This document shows, piece after piece, positions 61,724 through 64,000 of a stretch of 64,000 nt of DNA. Within the stretch, counting starts at the first letter, position 1. Every line of letters starts with the position of its first letter. The DNA lies in IMG/VR virus record IMGVR_UViG_3300021082_000023, positions 794-64,793 of that record; one strand, written 5' to 3'. The notes beneath the pieces were generated by a model. That model worked only from the letters and a program-made list of their open reading frames with translations. It was not told where the DNA came from and ran no database searches. This stretch comes from a virus. Taxonomy: Duplodnaviria > Caudoviricetes. The position numbers were made by a program, and so were the translations under genes.

Positions 61724-64000
61724 TTATTCAATCTCCTTTGTGGCTCGGACGATCATGATGGCCCTTGTTCCGTTCTGAACTCTGGCATCGACCGTGGCTC
61801 TGTGAATCAAGTTGGGGCTCAAGTAGTTGGTGATGCGTTCGGCGACATTTGAAATGTTGGAACCGGGTGTTCCCAGTGCCACGGCCGGCGCGAACAGACT
61901 GAGGCCGCTGGAAAGGAACGGCATCTGGAGAACAGCGGCTAACGTTGGCGCGAAAACCAGACTTGCGGCCGCGATCGTCGGCAACGACAAGGACACCGCG
62001 CCAGGCGCAACAGTTGGGGCTTGAATAGCGGCTCCGGATGGCAGGAACGGTAACGTGATCGCGTAAACGAGTGTTGGCGCGTTCACCGCGACGCCGCTGG
62101 AAATTGTCGGCAGCGTCACTTGATACGCCAGTGTCGGACTGTTCACAGTGGCCGTCGACGACAGGAAAGGCATGGTGACCGCGTAGGCCAACGCCGGAAC
62201 ATTGAGACTTGCACCCGAACTGATAAACGGCACCGTCAGTGTGACCGCGCCGGGGGAAACAGTCGGCGCAAACGTCACACTGCCGGCACTGATGTTGGGC
62301 GCGGAAATCACGCCGTCCAGCGCCACGACAGGGGCATTCACCACCGTTCCAGCCGCGATGGTTGGCAACGAAACCGCATACGCCAACGTCGGTGTGTTCA
62401 CGCTCGCGCCCGAGGCCAGGAACGGCAACGTGACGTTGTACGCCAGCGTCGGGGCGGTGGTGGTAGAACCAGCCGCAATGAAAGGTAACGTAACCGCGTA
62501 GGCCAGTGTGGGAGCCGTCGTTGTGGATCCAGCCGCGATAAACGGCAGGTTCAATTCGTAAGCAAGCGTCGGCACGTTGACCGCCGTGCCGCTGGCTAGA
62601 AACGGCAGTGTGATGGCGTAGGCAAGTGTTGGGGCATTCAACACCGCCCCGGATCCGATGGTGGGCAGCGTCAGGATGTCGGAACCGTCCGCGATCGCTG
62701 GCGAAAAAAGACTCGCGCCCGCCGCGATGGTGGGCATGGTGATCTGATACGCCAGCGTTGGCGCAAATGTCGCCGCGGCCGAGGCAATGGTCGGAGCCAC
62801 CAACGTGACGGCGCCGGGACTGACCGTAGGGGCATTCACTGTGGAACCTGCCGCGATGGTTGGCAGCGTTACTGCGTATGCCAGTGTTGGAACATTCAGA
62901 ACAGTACCAGCCGCAATCGTTGGCAGACTGATCCCGTAAGCCACGGTTGGGGCATTAACGGCCGCGCCGCTGGCGATGGTCGGCAAAATTAGCGGATACG
63001 CCACAGATGGCGCGTTGACACCGGACGCCGACGCGATGGTCGGTAAGGTGATCCCGTAGGCCAAAGTCGGCGCGTTGATGGTGGCGCCGCTGGAAATTGT
63101 CGGCATCACCACACTGCTGGTATCGCTGGCCGTCAGATCGTCATCGAACCAACGCAGGGCTTGAGCCACAATGTCCTGATCGAACCACGCCCGGATTTCC
63201 AAATCCGGATCGAACTCCGCCATGGAAGCGTTCCCAAACGTTGGCGGTGTGGCCGGCGCGGTCAGGTCCTCATCAAACCAGCGGATCGCGGAGGCGACAA
63301 GATCCGAATCGAACCACGAAGCGATTTCTAGGCATTCATCAAACAGGGCTTTGGACGCGGAACCCGGATTGAACTCCGTCGCCCCGGCCGCGCCGGTGCC
63401 GTCATTCTTGCGCGGAACGCCGAAGATATCGTAAGGCAGTACAGCGCCGCCGGATGGAATCAGATTCCGCAGTAACGAGTGTGGCTGCATCCGGTAATCG
63501 CCGCTTCCCACATTGGCGGTGCTGCCGTTCCACGCCAAGCGGCCGAGCAATCCGGAGAACGCGATGGGATTGGTGGCGGACGTGATGGGATTGGTGCCAC
63601 CGTTTTTCGCCGGCGCGTAACTGTTGATCCCGTCGAACTCCAATTGAAATTGGCCGGATGCGGCCAGCGGTGTGGCTTCCACATTCATACAACCACGGCG
63701 CCCAACACCATAAAGCACGGGCCAATTCCCAGTGCGAGCCGCATCTGCTGTTGGGAACGTGTCGGATTTCAGCGCCTCTTTCTCGATCAGGTTGCCCACT
63801 TCGGACCATAGCGTCCGAAGCAATGAACTGGAACCCGTATCGTTGTAGCCGCGATTGATCCGGCCGCCGACGAGAGTGTTGTGCCACATCAAGACGTTGT
63901 TGGCTGGATTGGATGTGGACGCATCGGCAGTGATGAACAACTCCAGTTCACCGCTGCTGTTGTTTTCAAAAATGTTCTGGACGATGGCCGCACCGAGAAT
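61724..64000 (-). CDS. Large virion protein, C-terminal part; runs in from the right edge
   Basis: Frame is open from 64000 (ILGAAIVQNIFENN...) to 61724; beta-helix-like region followed by repeats. Confidence 0.8.
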   Translation of the reverse strand: MLGAAIVQNIFENNSSGELELFITADASTSNPANNVLMWHNTLVGGRINRGYNDTGSSSLLRTLWSEVGNLIEKEALKSDTFPTADAARTGNWPVLYGVGRRGCMNVEATPLAASGQFQLEFDGINSYAPAKNGGTNPITSATNPIAFSGLLGRLAWNGSTANVGSGDYRMQPHSLLRNLIPSGGAVLPYDIFGVPRKNDGTGAAGATEFNPGSASKALFDECLEIASWFDSDLVASAIRWFDEDLTAPATPPTFGNASMAEFDPDLEIRAWFDQDIVAQALRWFDDDLTASDTSSVVMPTISSGATINAPTLAYGITLPTIASASGVNAPSVAYPLILPTIASGAAVNAPTVAYGISLPTIAAGTVLNVPTLAYAVTLPTIAAGSTVNAPTVSPGAVTLVAPTIASAAATFAPTLAYQITMPTIAAGASLFSPAIADGSDILTLPTIGSGAVLNAPTLAYAITLPFLASGTAVNVPTLAYELNLPFIAAGSTTTAPTLAYAVTLPFIAAGSTTTAPTLAYNVTLPFLASGASVNTPTLAYAVSLPTIAAGTVVNAPVVALDGVISAPNISAGSVTFAPTVSPGAVTLTVPFISSGASLNVPALAYAVTMPFLSSTATVNSPTLAYQVTLPTISSGVAVNAPTLVYAITLPFLPSGAAIQAPTVAPGAVSLSLPTIAAASLVFAPTLAAVLQMPFLSSGLSLFAPAVALGTPGSNISNVAERITNYLSPNLIHRATVDARVQNGTRAIMIVRATKEIE
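61870..63120 (-). repeat. About 20 tandem 20-23 aa repeats, consensus AYAVTLPTIAAGSTVNAPTL
   Basis: 20 P-[TFN]-[IL] cores counted in the translation. Confidence 0.85.

Noticed and set aside
61870-63120. Diversity-generating retroelement or retron
   Set aside because: No reverse transcriptase in the window and no template/variable repeat pair differing only at adenines
63900-64000. Direct circular join of 64000 to 1
   Set aside because: No terminal overlap is visible and a direct join breaks the reading frame

Overview
The window is almost the whole genome of a temperate long-tailed (siphovirus-like) phage in its unintegrated form, with no host flank. Both sides of the att site are phage genes, and the minus-strand virion gene running off position 1 appears to re-enter at 64000. 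Modules: head and tail genes (1-16077, minus); a RAMP/Cas7-like gene with two 5-nt-periodic RNA arrays and a partner gene (16113-17462); resolvase and replication genes with iterons (19438-21618); tyrosine integrase, an attP carrying the 5' half of tRNA-Arg(CCG), and xis (22020-23544); an outer-membrane beta-barrel moron and a cI/cro switch (24656-26208); an early rightward operon with HNH, PD-(D/E)XK nuclease, RecT, SMC-like ATPase, a structured RNA, DEDDh exonuclease, Mom-like protein, DNA methyltransferase, HerA-like ATPase and Gp37Gp68 (26205-40315); a moron island (40342-43700); lysis genes (43805-46010); tail genes with a G/GT frameshift (46132-56133); and a glycosyltransferase/methyltransferase cluster (56524-61382). 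The khpA and beta-barrel sequences suggest an Acidobacteriota host (inference). The best candidate for a novel system is 16113-17462. Each array alternates a near-constant NGC triplet with a variable dinucleotide and ends in CAGCAATC plus a hairpin. Read as codon positions 1-2, the dinucleotides of one array spell a tape-measure-like peptide. This resembles the noncontiguous guide logic I recall for VIPR systems, but with a different constant triplet. All family assignments come from motif recognition by eye; no searches were run.
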